A stretch of 64,000 nucleotides of DNA from a virus. This document shows positions 37,701-47,220 of this stretch, in pieces (the first letter of the stretch is position 1; each line of letters begins with the position of its first letter). Location of the stretch: positions 1-64,000 of IMG/VR virus record IMGVR_UViG_3300031999_000008; one strand, given 5' to 3'. The notes beneath the pieces were generated by a model. That model had not been told where the DNA came from. It was given only the letters and a program-made list of their open reading frames with translations, and did no database searches. Both the position numbers and the translations under genes were made by a program.

Positions 37701-38326
37701 GCCGGTTTGATGAAACCGTGACGAAGATTGCCGCGTCACAGGTAAAAACGGCGTTGATCGCACAACTGCCTTCGCTGTTGAACGCTGAAGCAAAGCCTAA
37801 GCACGCTGGGCGTGCCGAGACTGCGTTAGAAAAAGAAGCAGGCATTTTTGAGCATGTTTTTGGCCACGGTAAAGAAATCTCAGGTGCTCAAACTATCGCA
37901 CGTGCTATCGCGGGTGGTGTAGGCACCGCCGCGGTTATTGGCGGTGGTACATATGCGGTTGGTCGCGCGCTAGATAAAGCAAACGCAGCCAGCGAGACGC
38001 TTACGTCGCAGCGCCAGCAAATCGGTAAGCTCAAGGGCGAACAAACTTTTCGCCACAGCTTAAATGCTAAGCTCGCGCCCATGCATGTTAAAGTGTTTGC
38101 GGCTATTAAGAAAGATCCGGTCATTGCCAAGGCGGACCACGCGCTTATTCATTCGTCTTACGAAACGATGAAGCGCTTTGCCCCGCACTTAGCCGCTGAT
38201 GAAAATGCAGCGCGTAGCTTCTTGCGTGAAAACGCAATCTACGGCACGGGTCCGAGTTACGCTTCGTTGAAGAACCTCGCCGACGCTGAGCAATCGGTTG
38301 GCAAAGCTAGCGGTCTGGGAGGCTGA
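37697..38326 (+). CDS. Head protein with K-x-A leader and glycine-zipper/TM segment
   Basis: KIA, KTA, KHA, KEA, then AIAGGVGTAAVIGGG. Confidence 0.78.
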   Translation: MSRFDETVTKIAASQVKTALIAQLPSLLNAEAKPKHAGRAETALEKEAGIFEHVFGHGKEISGAQTIARAIAGGVGTAAVIGGGTYAVGRALDKANAASETLTSQRQQIGKLKGEQTFRHSLNAKLAPMHVKVFAAIKKDPVIAKADHALIHSSYETMKRFAPHLAADENAARSFLRENAIYGTGPSYASLKNLADAEQSVGKASGLGG

Positions 38327-38327
38327 A

Positions 38328-39005
38328 ATGTCTTACGATGCAATCATGCATAAACTGAGCTCGGCTGAGTTGACCCTCAGCCCTCAGATGCAAGACGTGA
38401 TTCAACGCGTACGTGAGACGGGACTCCACAAGGTGGCAGCTCCGTTATACGGCGTGGATGAAGTTACGCTGAAAACAGCGGTGCAGCAGTTGAGTACTGC
38501 GTGGTTAGCGCAGCACTACAAGTACCAGAAGATTGCTTCAGGACTCGACTCGTACGCGATCGTAAATGGTGAGAAAACCGCGGGTCCTCGGGACATCTGG
38601 AATGCGGTGCAAAGCCGTTTTTTAGGTAAGGCGCCTGCCGCAGCGGAAGCTACAGGCGCCGCACATTTACCGGGCCTTGCGGATACCCTAGCCCCCACCG
38701 GTCGCGGTATCGGCATTGGCAAGCCGGTTAATAGTTTCGGAACGGGAGGCTTAGCCGCGCCCATGTCTCAAGAACAACAACTGGGCCATCAATATGCCGG
38801 CATGGTTCGCGACGTAGCCCCGCGTCTAGAAGCAGGCAACGCAATCGCTAACAAAATGCGCACTAGCGCGATTCCTCCTGAAATGCCTCCGGCTATGGCG
38901 CAAGCTCGCCAGGCAGGGCAGGCTACAGCCAAGATGTTGACTCCCGTGTCCCAATTTAGCGGATCCAAGCGAATCCTGCCTGCCAAGCCCGGACAACTGG
39001 CCTAA
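38328..39005 (+). CDS. Head protein with K-x-A sites
   Basis: GGAGG RBS; KVA, KTA, KIA, KTA. Confidence 0.75.
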   Translation: MSYDAIMHKLSSAELTLSPQMQDVIQRVRETGLHKVAAPLYGVDEVTLKTAVQQLSTAWLAQHYKYQKIASGLDSYAIVNGEKTAGPRDIWNAVQSRFLGKAPAAAEATGAAHLPGLADTLAPTGRGIGIGKPVNSFGTGGLAAPMSQEQQLGHQYAGMVRDVAPRLEAGNAIANKMRTSAIPPEMPPAMAQARQAGQATAKMLTPVSQFSGSKRILPAKPGQLA

Positions 39006-39006
39006 T

Positions 39007-40860
39007 ATGTCTTACTCCAAGATCATCACATTAGACGACCATTTCTCGACCGGGGAACCCACGGTCCAGCTGGTATCTACGTGGGGTCGTGGAGGACGGC
39101 TGTTGCGGGAAGCAACTTCGCTGCACAAGATTGCCAGCACGCACAGCCCCGCTGTTGAGTATATCAAGACCGTCGCGCCTGAGCCCGGCAAGACTATTGT
39201 TCTTGTTATTGGCCTTGGTGACAATGAGACCTACGGTGCCAATCGTAATGGTGATGGTTTCCCGTCCCAGCCCGTAAAAGGCAAAATCGCTGCCGACGAA
39301 GTGCTTACTAAGCACTATCAGTCTTACGATAAAGCGCATGTATTTGAGCATCATGTAAACAGTGACCCTGCCAAAGCGATCGGACGCGTAAAGAAAGCTT
39401 TCTGGAATCCCCACATGCGTCGTGTGGAAATGGTTGAGGACTTCGATAATGCGAAGGCTCCCCATTTATTAGAAAAGATTGCCAGTGGTGAATATCCTGC
39501 GAAAAGTATGGGTTGCAGGATCAAGTACGACGTCTGCAACAATTGCGGTAACAAAGCAAAGACACGTGCTGATTATTGCGACCATCTGAAGTTCGCAATG
39601 AGCCGTATTGACCCGCACTCGGGTGTCCAGAATTCGGCCTTGAATCCCAGCCCGGATTTCTTCGACAGCTCTTGGGTCATTCGCCCTGCAGATCGTACGG
39701 GTTTCATGATGAAGAAGGTCGCCAAGGAACACCCGTACGAAATTCGTATGGGCAGTTTCGAACTCGGCGATATCATCAATGACTTATCCAGCAAATCGGC
39801 TGAATTAGGCAAAGCCGCGGATATTGAGAAAGTAATGCAAGGGGAACCTACTGCATCTGTCTCAAATCTAAAGCCTAAAGACGCTCAACTCGTAAAGAAA
39901 TACGTGAGCGAATGCGCTGATTCCTCCGATAAAGAGCCTGATCATACGCGTGCTGTAAGCATTATGATCAGTTACAAACCCTCAGAGGCTTTGGAAAGTG
40001 CTGACGAGTTAGGGCTTCCCCTCGGTCTAAAAGATATTATTCAATACTTCTTGGGTAAGATCGCTCCCGAGACAGCGGGTGCCGATAAGAAGACGTTAAA
40101 GTCGGCTAATGACCATTTGGGCCTGATCTATTCCGTCTACAGTAAGTATCCTCGTTTCTACAACGAGCTCGTTAAAGAAGCGGGCTTGGACGGAACAAGC
40201 ACGTCCAACCCCACGCTTCTAAAGAAATTGGCTGCTGAAAGCCCCACCACGGATTACTTGAAGCGTCAGGTCATGCCTGAAGCAATGTATCCCGGTCGGG
40301 CTAAAACAGATATGGTCTCGTGGACGGACCCGAACTCGGGTCAACGCTACCAGACAAATTACGGTGCGGTAGAGCAAACACACGATCCATTGATTCGAGA
40401 AGGTCTTGCACATAAGGCGCTGGCAGGCGGCGCCTTGTTAGGGACTGGCGCACTTTTAGGTGGGGCAGCTTTCGCAGCGCGTAATACCCGTATACCTAAG
40501 GCCCTAACGATTGGCGGAGGTCTCGTAGGTGCAGGTTTAGGCGCAGTAGGTATTCATAACCTGCTAGGGCCTACACCAATCGCCGGACCCAAGGTCGTAA
40601 CCGACCAGGGCGAGACTATCTCGGGCTGGACTCCGATGACTCCCAAGCATGCTGAAACCACGCTAGCTAACTTCCCGTACATCGTGAAGCGTGCGAATGA
40701 AGCTCCAACTGCTATGAATCCGCAATACGTAAACTGGTTCATTGATCAATTGAAGTTCGCTGAGATTCATGATGAACTAAGCCCGTATATCGGACCTACG
40801 CTCGACCTAGAAAAGGTTGCGCAAGCCCTCGGTACGTCGATATTAAAGCGCACCGAGTAA
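39007..40860 (+). CDS. Prohead maturation protease (HK97/assemblin clan) with Zn insert and C-terminal glycine zipper
   Basis: NRNGDGF, FEHHVN (His), SMGC (Ser), CxxC..CDH, FFDSSWV..PAD; located upstream of the capsid gene. Confidence 0.8.
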   Translation: MSYSKIITLDDHFSTGEPTVQLVSTWGRGGRLLREATSLHKIASTHSPAVEYIKTVAPEPGKTIVLVIGLGDNETYGANRNGDGFPSQPVKGKIAADEVLTKHYQSYDKAHVFEHHVNSDPAKAIGRVKKAFWNPHMRRVEMVEDFDNAKAPHLLEKIASGEYPAKSMGCRIKYDVCNNCGNKAKTRADYCDHLKFAMSRIDPHSGVQNSALNPSPDFFDSSWVIRPADRTGFMMKKVAKEHPYEIRMGSFELGDIINDLSSKSAELGKAADIEKVMQGEPTASVSNLKPKDAQLVKKYVSECADSSDKEPDHTRAVSIMISYKPSEALESADELGLPLGLKDIIQYFLGKIAPETAGADKKTLKSANDHLGLIYSVYSKYPRFYNELVKEAGLDGTSTSNPTLLKKLAAESPTTDYLKRQVMPEAMYPGRAKTDMVSWTDPNSGQRYQTNYGAVEQTHDPLIREGLAHKALAGGALLGTGALLGGAAFAARNTRIPKALTIGGGLVGAGLGAVGIHNLLGPTPIAGPKVVTDQGETISGWTPMTPKHAETTLANFPYIVKRANEAPTAMNPQYVNWFIDQLKFAEIHDELSPYIGPTLDLEKVAQALGTSILKRTE

Positions 40861-40863
40861 AGC

Positions 40864-40892
40864 TTGTATTATCAAAGACTACCCCCTAAGAT
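40864..40892 (+). promoter_or_regulatory. Late-type sigma70-like promoter (capsid operon)
   Basis: TTGTAT-N17-TAAGAT, followed by TAAC as at 31115. Confidence 0.7.
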
Positions 40893-40919
40893 TAACGACG
40901 AAACCCTTGAGAGGGATCT

Positions 40920-41495
40920 ATGGCTGACAATCAAGACGCATTCTCCCGTATTTTGAATCGCATGCAGGATGCAGATACTGGGATCACAGAAAAAACAGCA
41001 GCTGCGGAGCCTGAGGCACCTAATGCCGCTGCGCGCATGTTGTCAACCGTGCGCACCATCTCAAGCGCGGTGAAGACCGCGTCGGTTGCGCCTAGTACAC
41101 CTGCCACTCCCGTGGCGAGCCTGGAGCGTATGGCTAAAGAAGCACAAGCTGCGGAGCAGGATCAGTTGCTCAAGCAAGCTCAGTTTATGGGCGCCGCTGT
41201 TGCTGATGGGTTCATGGAGCGTTTTGCCCAATACGACACCGCTCTTACGAGTCAGGGCGTAAAGACGGCCGCTACGTTGCCTGCCAATAACGCCGAGTCC
41301 GAGGCGGTGTTGCAAAAGGTAGCGGAAGCTGCGTATAGCCAGGCTGTCCAAGACATGGAGAAGCAGGCCGCCGCTGAGTACGAGCAGGGTTACAACGACC
41401 AGCTCCAAGAGATTCACAAGATTGCGTCCGACGTGCATTACATCGGACAGCAGACTGCGAACCACCTCGTTCAAGAGGCGCGTAGCAGCAAATGA
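40920..41495 (+). CDS. Scaffold-like coiled-coil protein
   Basis: Ala/Gln/Glu-rich; all 8 internal Lys are in K-x-A. Confidence 0.75.
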   Translation: MADNQDAFSRILNRMQDADTGITEKTAAAEPEAPNAAARMLSTVRTISSAVKTASVAPSTPATPVASLERMAKEAQAAEQDQLLKQAQFMGAAVADGFMERFAQYDTALTSQGVKTAATLPANNAESEAVLQKVAEAAYSQAVQDMEKQAAAEYEQGYNDQLQEIHKIASDVHYIGQQTANHLVQEARSSK

Positions 41496-42154
41496 GCCGC
41501 TTCGTAAACATCGGTGAGCTGGCAGATCAGGTGCTTGAGTCCGTACGTACGGAAACACGCGCCAAGACTGCATCTGCTCAGGCACCTATACGTAATTACG
41601 TGCCTGTTGCCCGTGAATTACGGAAGCTTGCCGCTGATTTACGCGAAGCAGGCCCTGACGACGACGTAGGCGAGGCTGATATGGCCGCGCTTATGCAAGA
41701 TCCCGAAGTAATGCAATTAATGCAAGAACTCGAAGCCAATCCCGAGTTATTGCAGCAATTGCTTGAACAAGGTGCGGGCGGTCCTGAAGGACAAGAGCTT
41801 GCGGCAGGTGCTGCAGGGGCTCCCGACGGGGACATGCCTTCTCCCGAAATGCTGCCTTCGGGCGCACATCCTGGGATGGACCCCGAAGCTGCCTCCGGCA
41901 TGCCTCCCGGTGCCATGGGCGCTCCGCCGCCTGCTTCGCATCAAGAGCACGAAGAAAAGCCCCCGCACCACGGTCAGCCTGAAAAGGATGACCAAGGAAT
42001 TCCCCCGGGGTTGAAAGCAGCGAGTGAAATTCGTAAGATCGCTGCGCAATTAAAGACACACAACGAACACTCGAAGAAGGTTCGTTTGGTGAAGGCCGCT
42101 CAGATGCTAAACGCCGCGACCGGCCTCAAGCATCTCACCGAGGGTTTCAAATGA
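41492..42154 (+). CDS. Scaffold/core protein
   Basis: KTA, KLA, KAA, KIA sites; Pro/Gly-rich middle. Confidence 0.75.
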   Translation: MSRFVNIGELADQVLESVRTETRAKTASAQAPIRNYVPVARELRKLAADLREAGPDDDVGEADMAALMQDPEVMQLMQELEANPELLQQLLEQGAGGPEGQELAAGAAGAPDGDMPSPEMLPSGAHPGMDPEAASGMPPGAMGAPPPASHQEHEEKPPHHGQPEKDDQGIPPGLKAASEIRKIAAQLKTHNEHSKKVRLVKAAQMLNAATGLKHLTEGFK

Positions 42155-42513
42155 GCCAGTACGATAGGGCGAAAATTGCGGACTTGCTCGATGCGGTCGC
42201 CGAATACGTAGACGACGTAGAGTCGCAGAAAACTGCGGCTGAACAGTCGGCGCGTAATGAGCGTGTCGAGAAGCTTGCTCAGAATTACTCTGTTTCGACG
42301 GGCGAGGCCCTTCCCAACGAGTTTAAGCTGAAATTAGCAAGTTTAGACCCGACAACCCTTGATCATTTACTCAAGGTTGCCAAAAATAATACAGAGTCTC
42401 CGGATGCCCTAGGGAAGCCGGCGGATGCAGACGACACCCCGGCTCCAAGGACAGTCAAGGAAGCCGCGGAAAACGCAGAGAAACGATTCCTTGACTTCCT
42501 CATCAACGATTAA
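42151..42513 (+). CDS. Scaffold-like protein
   Basis: 7 of 10 Lys in K-x-A; C-terminal amphipathic helix RFLDFLIND. Confidence 0.75.
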   Translation: MSQYDRAKIADLLDAVAEYVDDVESQKTAAEQSARNERVEKLAQNYSVSTGEALPNEFKLKLASLDPTTLDHLLKVAKNNTESPDALGKPADADDTPAPRTVKEAAENAEKRFLDFLIND

Positions 42514-42533
42514 GGCGCAGGAGATAAATTCCC

Positions 42534-43001
42534 ATGGCAAGTCTCAATGATAAGTTTGACGTTCTCCGCGGCTGGGAGCCTGGTGGCGATGCTGGCGTTG
42601 ATCAGTCATTGCCGCCCCTCAAGATTGCAAACGTTCCCGTCACCCTTCTTCCCGGCTACATCGTAGTTGCGGATACGAACGGCGATGTGAACGTTGCTAC
42701 TTCGCCTGCCAGCGTTGCGCTCGGCACTGCCCAGCCGCCCCAGGTTTACGTCGTGCTTGAAGGCAACGGCGTCGATACGTCCACGCAGTTCGTGGAGAAG
42801 GTTGTTTGTCTTCGCGGCAAACTGACCATCAAGACTGACAAGCTCAACACTGCCCAGTCCTTCCCCATTACGGGCAAGGTTACTTACAGCAACGGACTCC
42901 TTAGCGATGCCGGCGCTGCCGCAACTACGCATGTCATTGGCAGCGTGCTTGCGAACAACGTAGCTACGGACGGCACCATCGTCGTCGAGCTGGACATCTG
43001 A
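42534..43001 (+). CDS. Capsid decoration/cement protein (putative)
   Basis: Beta-rich 155 aa immediately upstream of the capsid gene; strong AGGAG RBS. Confidence 0.65.
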   Translation: MASLNDKFDVLRGWEPGGDAGVDQSLPPLKIANVPVTLLPGYIVVADTNGDVNVATSPASVALGTAQPPQVYVVLEGNGVDTSTQFVEKVVCLRGKLTIKTDKLNTAQSFPITGKVTYSNGLLSDAGAAATTHVIGSVLANNVATDGTIVVELDI

Positions 43002-43049
43002 GTCCTTGTAATTAACCGCCCCCTAATTCTGGACACGGAGCTAAATTAA

Positions 43050-43976
43050 ATGTCTAACGCATATCGCACAGAGACTGAGAAGGTCTCGGCCCAGTTCATC
43101 AACTCTAACTTTGTTCGCAAGCTCGAACAGGGTCGGGTTAAGGAAGCCACCGAAGAAGGTTCGGCTTTCATTCGCACCAAGATGCGCCAAGAGGCGTTCG
43201 TGCGCGAAATTCTTCCCCCGGTTCTTCTTGCGGACGATGAGATCGACCGTGATGAGAACACGGACCAGCCGAAGAAAATCGTCGAGAAGGAGCCCGACTC
43301 CATCGCGACGTTCGTGCCCTTCTACGGCACTGGCGTTCGTACGCTCTTCCGCGGCCCGCGTTACGCTGTGCACTTCGGTAAGACCGAGTCGCAACGCTTC
43401 CGCAAGAGCAAGTTCGAGCTCATGACCTACCAGAACGATATCCGTAAGATTCTTTCGGATAACTCTGTGAAGGACATGGCTGACCAAGAGGACAGCAAGT
43501 TCATCAACACGATCAACTCGATCCTCACGAGCAACCCGACGCAGGTCACGACTGCGGCTTCGTTCAATGCGGCTGCCTTCAAGGGCATGTTCCAGAACTT
43601 GGTCAGCCGTCGCATCCCGATCGGCAAGGTCCTGATGACCAAGTACACGTACTACGAGGCGCTTGACCTCCCCGCGACCGACGTTGGTAACGACGTGGCC
43701 TCGGCTCACTACCGTGATGGTATTGAGAAGGAAGAGCGTCTTTGGGGTCTGCCTGTCGTGACCACCATCAAGACAGACATCCTTACGGCGCAGGCCGGTG
43801 CGACCCACTCGGTCTGGACCTTCGGTCCCGAGAACTACCTGGGTAACTTCTTCCTGCTGCAGGACGCGACCCTGTTCATCAAGCAGGAAGCGGACATGAT
43901 CTTCTTCCACAGCTATGCTGCTCCGGGCATCGGCATCGGTAACACCGCGTCGATCACTCGCTGCGACATCGCGTGA
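43050..43976 (+). CDS. Major capsid protein (compact HK97/encapsulin-like fold)
   Basis: Synteny protease-scaffold-decoration-capsid, strongest C-ending codon bias, LWGLPVVTT P-domain-like motif. Confidence 0.8.
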   Translation: MSNAYRTETEKVSAQFINSNFVRKLEQGRVKEATEEGSAFIRTKMRQEAFVREILPPVLLADDEIDRDENTDQPKKIVEKEPDSIATFVPFYGTGVRTLFRGPRYAVHFGKTESQRFRKSKFELMTYQNDIRKILSDNSVKDMADQEDSKFINTINSILTSNPTQVTTAASFNAAAFKGMFQNLVSRRIPIGKVLMTKYTYYEALDLPATDVGNDVASAHYRDGIEKEERLWGLPVVTTIKTDILTAQAGATHSVWTFGPENYLGNFFLLQDATLFIKQEADMIFFHSYAAPGIGIGNTASITRCDIA

Positions 43977-43978
43977 GC

Positions 43979-44440
43979 ATGATGGGACTGCACTGGTTAA
44001 AAATAGACCGTCCCTGTATTCTTGAGGTTCCACAACTCAAGGATTACGCAGGTCAGGCCCTGATTTTCAGGCCGCCAGCCCTGTCAACGCGCTGTGTTAC
44101 ATCCGAGGTGTTTAATCACCCCTTGGTTAAGGCGTACAGGGACCAACTTCTACTTGTAGAGGTTGCCGGAAACGGTGCAGTCCTCGCTCCTGCTGCAGCG
44201 CCTACTGTCGAAGTGGTAAAGATTGCTCCTGATTTTACGCCTGCTCCGGCTGTAGTAGAACCAGCAGCAATTGTGCCTGAAGCACCGCCCGCCCCCGCCA
44301 TCGTGGAACCCGAACCTGAAGTAGCCGCCGAAGTGCCCGCGTCAGAAGAACTCGCATCGGACGCCGTGTCCGCTGACGACGCTTCTTCTACCAGCAACGA
44401 CGACGGTAAAGGATTCGAAGTAAAGCGTCGGCGTCGTTAA
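43979..44440 (+). CDS. Capsid-adjacent protein with PAE-rich tail
   Basis: Follows the capsid gene and ends before the terminator. Confidence 0.7.
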   Translation: MMGLHWLKIDRPCILEVPQLKDYAGQALIFRPPALSTRCVTSEVFNHPLVKAYRDQLLLVEVAGNGAVLAPAAAPTVEVVKIAPDFTPAPAVVEPAAIVPEAPPAPAIVEPEPEVAAEVPASEELASDAVSADDASSTSNDDGKGFEVKRRRR

Positions 44441-44463
44441 CCTTAACCTCTAAGGAACGGAGG

Positions 44464-44496
44464 AGCGCGCACATCTGTTGATGTAGCGCGCTTTTT
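44464..44496 (+). terminator. Rho-independent terminator of the capsid operon
   Basis: AGCGCGC-ACATC/GATGT-A-GCGCGCT followed by TTTT. Confidence 0.8.
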
Positions 44497-44500
44497 CATT

Positions 44501-45064
44501 ATGGCGACACAACAGATTAAATGGCTACCCTCAGGGTCCCCAAACGTAATTGCGTACGAGATCATTAAAAGCGACGAAGGGCGTGATGGCTCCTACACGC
44601 TTTTAGCCCAGATCTTACATCAAATCCCCGGAACGAACTGGAACTCCACAGGGGCCTATTTCTTCTACAATGACGTCGAGATCAGCTACCGCTATTACCG
44701 GATACGGGTATTAGACCGGTACGGTAATGTCGCAGAAGACACGGCCCCCACACCGTTTAAAGCGGGTAATGACCCGGTAATTACTCCGACGTTACATTTC
44801 CTGGCACTACACGAACATACGAACGGACAAAACAATCTTACGTACGTGACAGACGGTGGCACGCCTATCGGTAACGCGGACATTCGCGTTTACAAAAAGA
44901 TCGACTACGACCTACGTAATTTCGCCAAAGCGGTGGGCACTACGATTACTAGTGCTGCAGGTACTTGGGTTAACCCTGTATTTGTAGAGCCTGGTGAGAC
45001 GTACACGATCGTTTATCATAAGGTAAACGAGTACGGTCCTGATACTATCGAAGTCACCGTGTGA
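44501..45064 (+). CDS. Virion protein with FN3/Ig-like domains
   Basis: W..S..Y.I and YYRIRVLD..GN FN3 pattern. Confidence 0.65.
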   Translation: MATQQIKWLPSGSPNVIAYEIIKSDEGRDGSYTLLAQILHQIPGTNWNSTGAYFFYNDVEISYRYYRIRVLDRYGNVAEDTAPTPFKAGNDPVITPTLHFLALHEHTNGQNNLTYVTDGGTPIGNADIRVYKKIDYDLRNFAKAVGTTITSAAGTWVNPVFVEPGETYTIVYHKVNEYGPDTIEVTV

Positions 45065-45071
45065 GGAGTCT

Positions 45072-45551
45072 ATGCCTGTAGTCGGTACCCCAGCTACGCC
45101 TGTGATTCTCACGGTAGATCAAGTACGGCGCTTCATGCGTGACCGTCCGGATCACAACATTCTTTTAGATGCTGTCGACTACACCCAGGACGATATCAAT
45201 CAGGGTATCGAAATGGTTACGTCTAGGTACAACTCGATAACACCGCAATCCGGGCTACTACCGCAGTCGTGGCCCTCCCACATGCAGTACGTTTTACTCC
45301 TAGGTGTATCAGCATATCTCATTAAAAGCAGCGCGTTCTTACAGCTGCGAAATCAAGCTACGTACCAAGACGGCGACATCGCTCCCATTGGTATCGACGA
45401 TAAATACCCTCTGTATATCCAGTTCTCACAGGTATTGGACGCCGAGTGGTCCCAGCTAGTGCAACAAATTAAGATTCAAAACAATCTTGAGAGCGTTTAT
45501 GGTTACGTGAGCTCAGGCTACACAAACGTAAGTCGCTTCCACCACAAGTGA
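45072..45551 (+). CDS. Head-tail adaptor (neck) protein, putative
   Basis: Helical 159 aa, LTVDQVRRFMRD start, position after capsid. Confidence 0.6.
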   Translation: MPVVGTPATPVILTVDQVRRFMRDRPDHNILLDAVDYTQDDINQGIEMVTSRYNSITPQSGLLPQSWPSHMQYVLLLGVSAYLIKSSAFLQLRNQATYQDGDIAPIGIDDKYPLYIQFSQVLDAEWSQLVQQIKIQNNLESVYGYVSSGYTNVSRFHHK

Positions 45552-45556
45552 GTTCC

Positions 45557-46300
45557 ATGTCTAGCTATTACACTCACGGATGTCATGTTGCCTTGACTAA
45601 GCTGGGTATGGAAGCAGGGCCCGCGCCCTATGCGCCTACAGACGTCCGCGACTCGACTTTCGCCGACAATAAGAAACAACTTCTCTGGAAGAACATGGAC
45701 GATGAAGCGTTCATGACCGGGGAAGAATCCGGTATTGGCATGCCGTCCCCAAGTAAAGAGGCGTCTGAAAATGACGGGGGTTACGGCGACCCAAGCGGTC
45801 CGTACGGTGCGGGTTCGTACGACGCCAACGCCGATAAAGTCGACCGCGATCAACGCAACAGCGATAGCGTGGCACGTGGTTTTGAGACAAATAGGTTGCT
45901 TGATCAAAGCTACGGACCTGAAGCTGCAATGACTCAGCCTCATGGGCCTAAGCTCGCTTTCCCCACAGGACTAAACGCTAAAGCGGGTATTTCAGGCGCT
46001 GCAAATATGGGCCGCAACATGGGCGCATTACCCAAATTGCCGAGCCCGATGAGCGTTAAAGGCATAGGCCAAAACGCACGTGCCGGAACAATGCATACCA
46101 GCATTAATTCCCGAGCACCGCTAGCAAACCAGGCGATTAGCAGCGCCGGAAGCAAATCCATGACGCCCGCACCGACCGCAGGGAGCGTCGGTAATATCTC
46201 AGGCTCTGCGTCTATTAGCCCCAGCGTTGGCATGCCCTCGATGCCATCCATTTCCCCGCCTGCGGCACCTAGCGCATCGCGCACTACGTCAGGTATGTGA
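45557..46300 (+). CDS. Leader-bearing low-complexity cargo protein
   Basis: YYTHGCHVALTKLG leader; internal KLA. Confidence 0.7.
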   Translation: MSSYYTHGCHVALTKLGMEAGPAPYAPTDVRDSTFADNKKQLLWKNMDDEAFMTGEESGIGMPSPSKEASENDGGYGDPSGPYGAGSYDANADKVDRDQRNSDSVARGFETNRLLDQSYGPEAAMTQPHGPKLAFPTGLNAKAGISGAANMGRNMGALPKLPSPMSVKGIGQNARAGTMHTSINSRAPLANQAISSAGSKSMTPAPTAGSVGNISGSASISPSVGMPSMPSISPPAAPSASRTTSGM

Positions 46301-47220
46301 TGGACCTTGTGTACTACAGCAAGTTTCCTATGCGTATTAAATACGCAGCGAACCTTGCTATGGGCGACGCTCGGCTATCCACACTGCAAAGTGCTACGGG
46401 CAACGATGGGCGGCTACACCCGCTCACTACAGGGGACCCGCGAGATCAAGCGGGGTCTGCGTTCAGTGAAATGCAGCGCCAGATGCGCATTGATTCCAAT
46501 GACGAAACGAACGAGTTCTCTGTTGGTTCGGATCAAAGCAAAACCGCACGGGCACAGCGTCTCGCTCGACGCACAACCTTTAGAGACCTGGATATCTCCG
46601 TTGAAACGGATACGGGGTCCCACCGGCAGTGGCATGACCCCCATACCGGTCGCGAAGGTAAAACGTTGATGCAATACCCCTATGGGTATATCCGTGGCAC
46701 CCAAGGCATGGACGGTGAACACATTGATTGCTTTGTAGGTCCTGACGAAGACGCTGAGAGCGTCTACATCATTACAACCAATAAGGGTCCTGATTTCAAG
46801 GATGCGGATGAACAAAAAGTAATGCTGGGCTTTGCGTCGGCTGCACAAGCAAAGCAGGCCTTCTTAGCGCATTATTCGGATCCCAAATTCTTTCGCGCTC
46901 TGAGCACCCTGCCATACGCTGCGTTCAGAAATAGGGCGTTTAAAACGCTGCACAGTCGTACCAAGAAAATAGGTTCCACAGCTAATTTCGATGGTATTTA
47001 TGACTGGAACCGGAACGCACAGGGTCCTCACCATGACCAAGTCCCTGGAGACTACCTAGGATTCCCCGCTTCTAGTTTAGTGGGTCTCCGGCAGATTGAA
47101 GGCAACCCCATGTCGCCGTCGGATCGTGTAGACCGTATGTTCCGCTTCAACGACCAAGAAATGAACACACGCGTCCTAGATGGAAACGATGCTGCGGCTC
47201 CTGCTGATCCAGGTGTCTAA
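46300..47220 (+). CDS. Inorganic pyrophosphatase-like (InPase) domain protein
   Basis: ISVE..G..R, YGYIRGT.G.DGEHIDCFVG, DEQKVMLGF; bracketed by KTA and KIG. Confidence 0.8.
   Translation: MDLVYYSKFPMRIKYAANLAMGDARLSTLQSATGNDGRLHPLTTGDPRDQAGSAFSEMQRQMRIDSNDETNEFSVGSDQSKTARAQRLARRTTFRDLDISVETDTGSHRQWHDPHTGREGKTLMQYPYGYIRGTQGMDGEHIDCFVGPDEDAESVYIITTNKGPDFKDADEQKVMLGFASAAQAKQAFLAHYSDPKFFRALSTLPYAAFRNRAFKTLHSRTKKIGSTANFDGIYDWNRNAQGPHHDQVPGDYLGFPASSLVGLRQIEGNPMSPSDRVDRMFRFNDQEMNTRVLDGNDAAAPADPGV

Noticed and set aside
43050-43976. Encapsulin nanocompartment or stand-alone eCIS/tailocin interpretation
   Set aside because: Terminase, portal, protease, replication genes and tRNAs indicate a complete phage
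43041-44033. 330-aa antisense ORF over the capsid gene, and similar shadow ORFs (31284-32111, 51652-52347, 34126-34674)
   Set aside because: Expected by-product of strong codon bias in highly expressed + strand genes; no RBS or recognisable motifs
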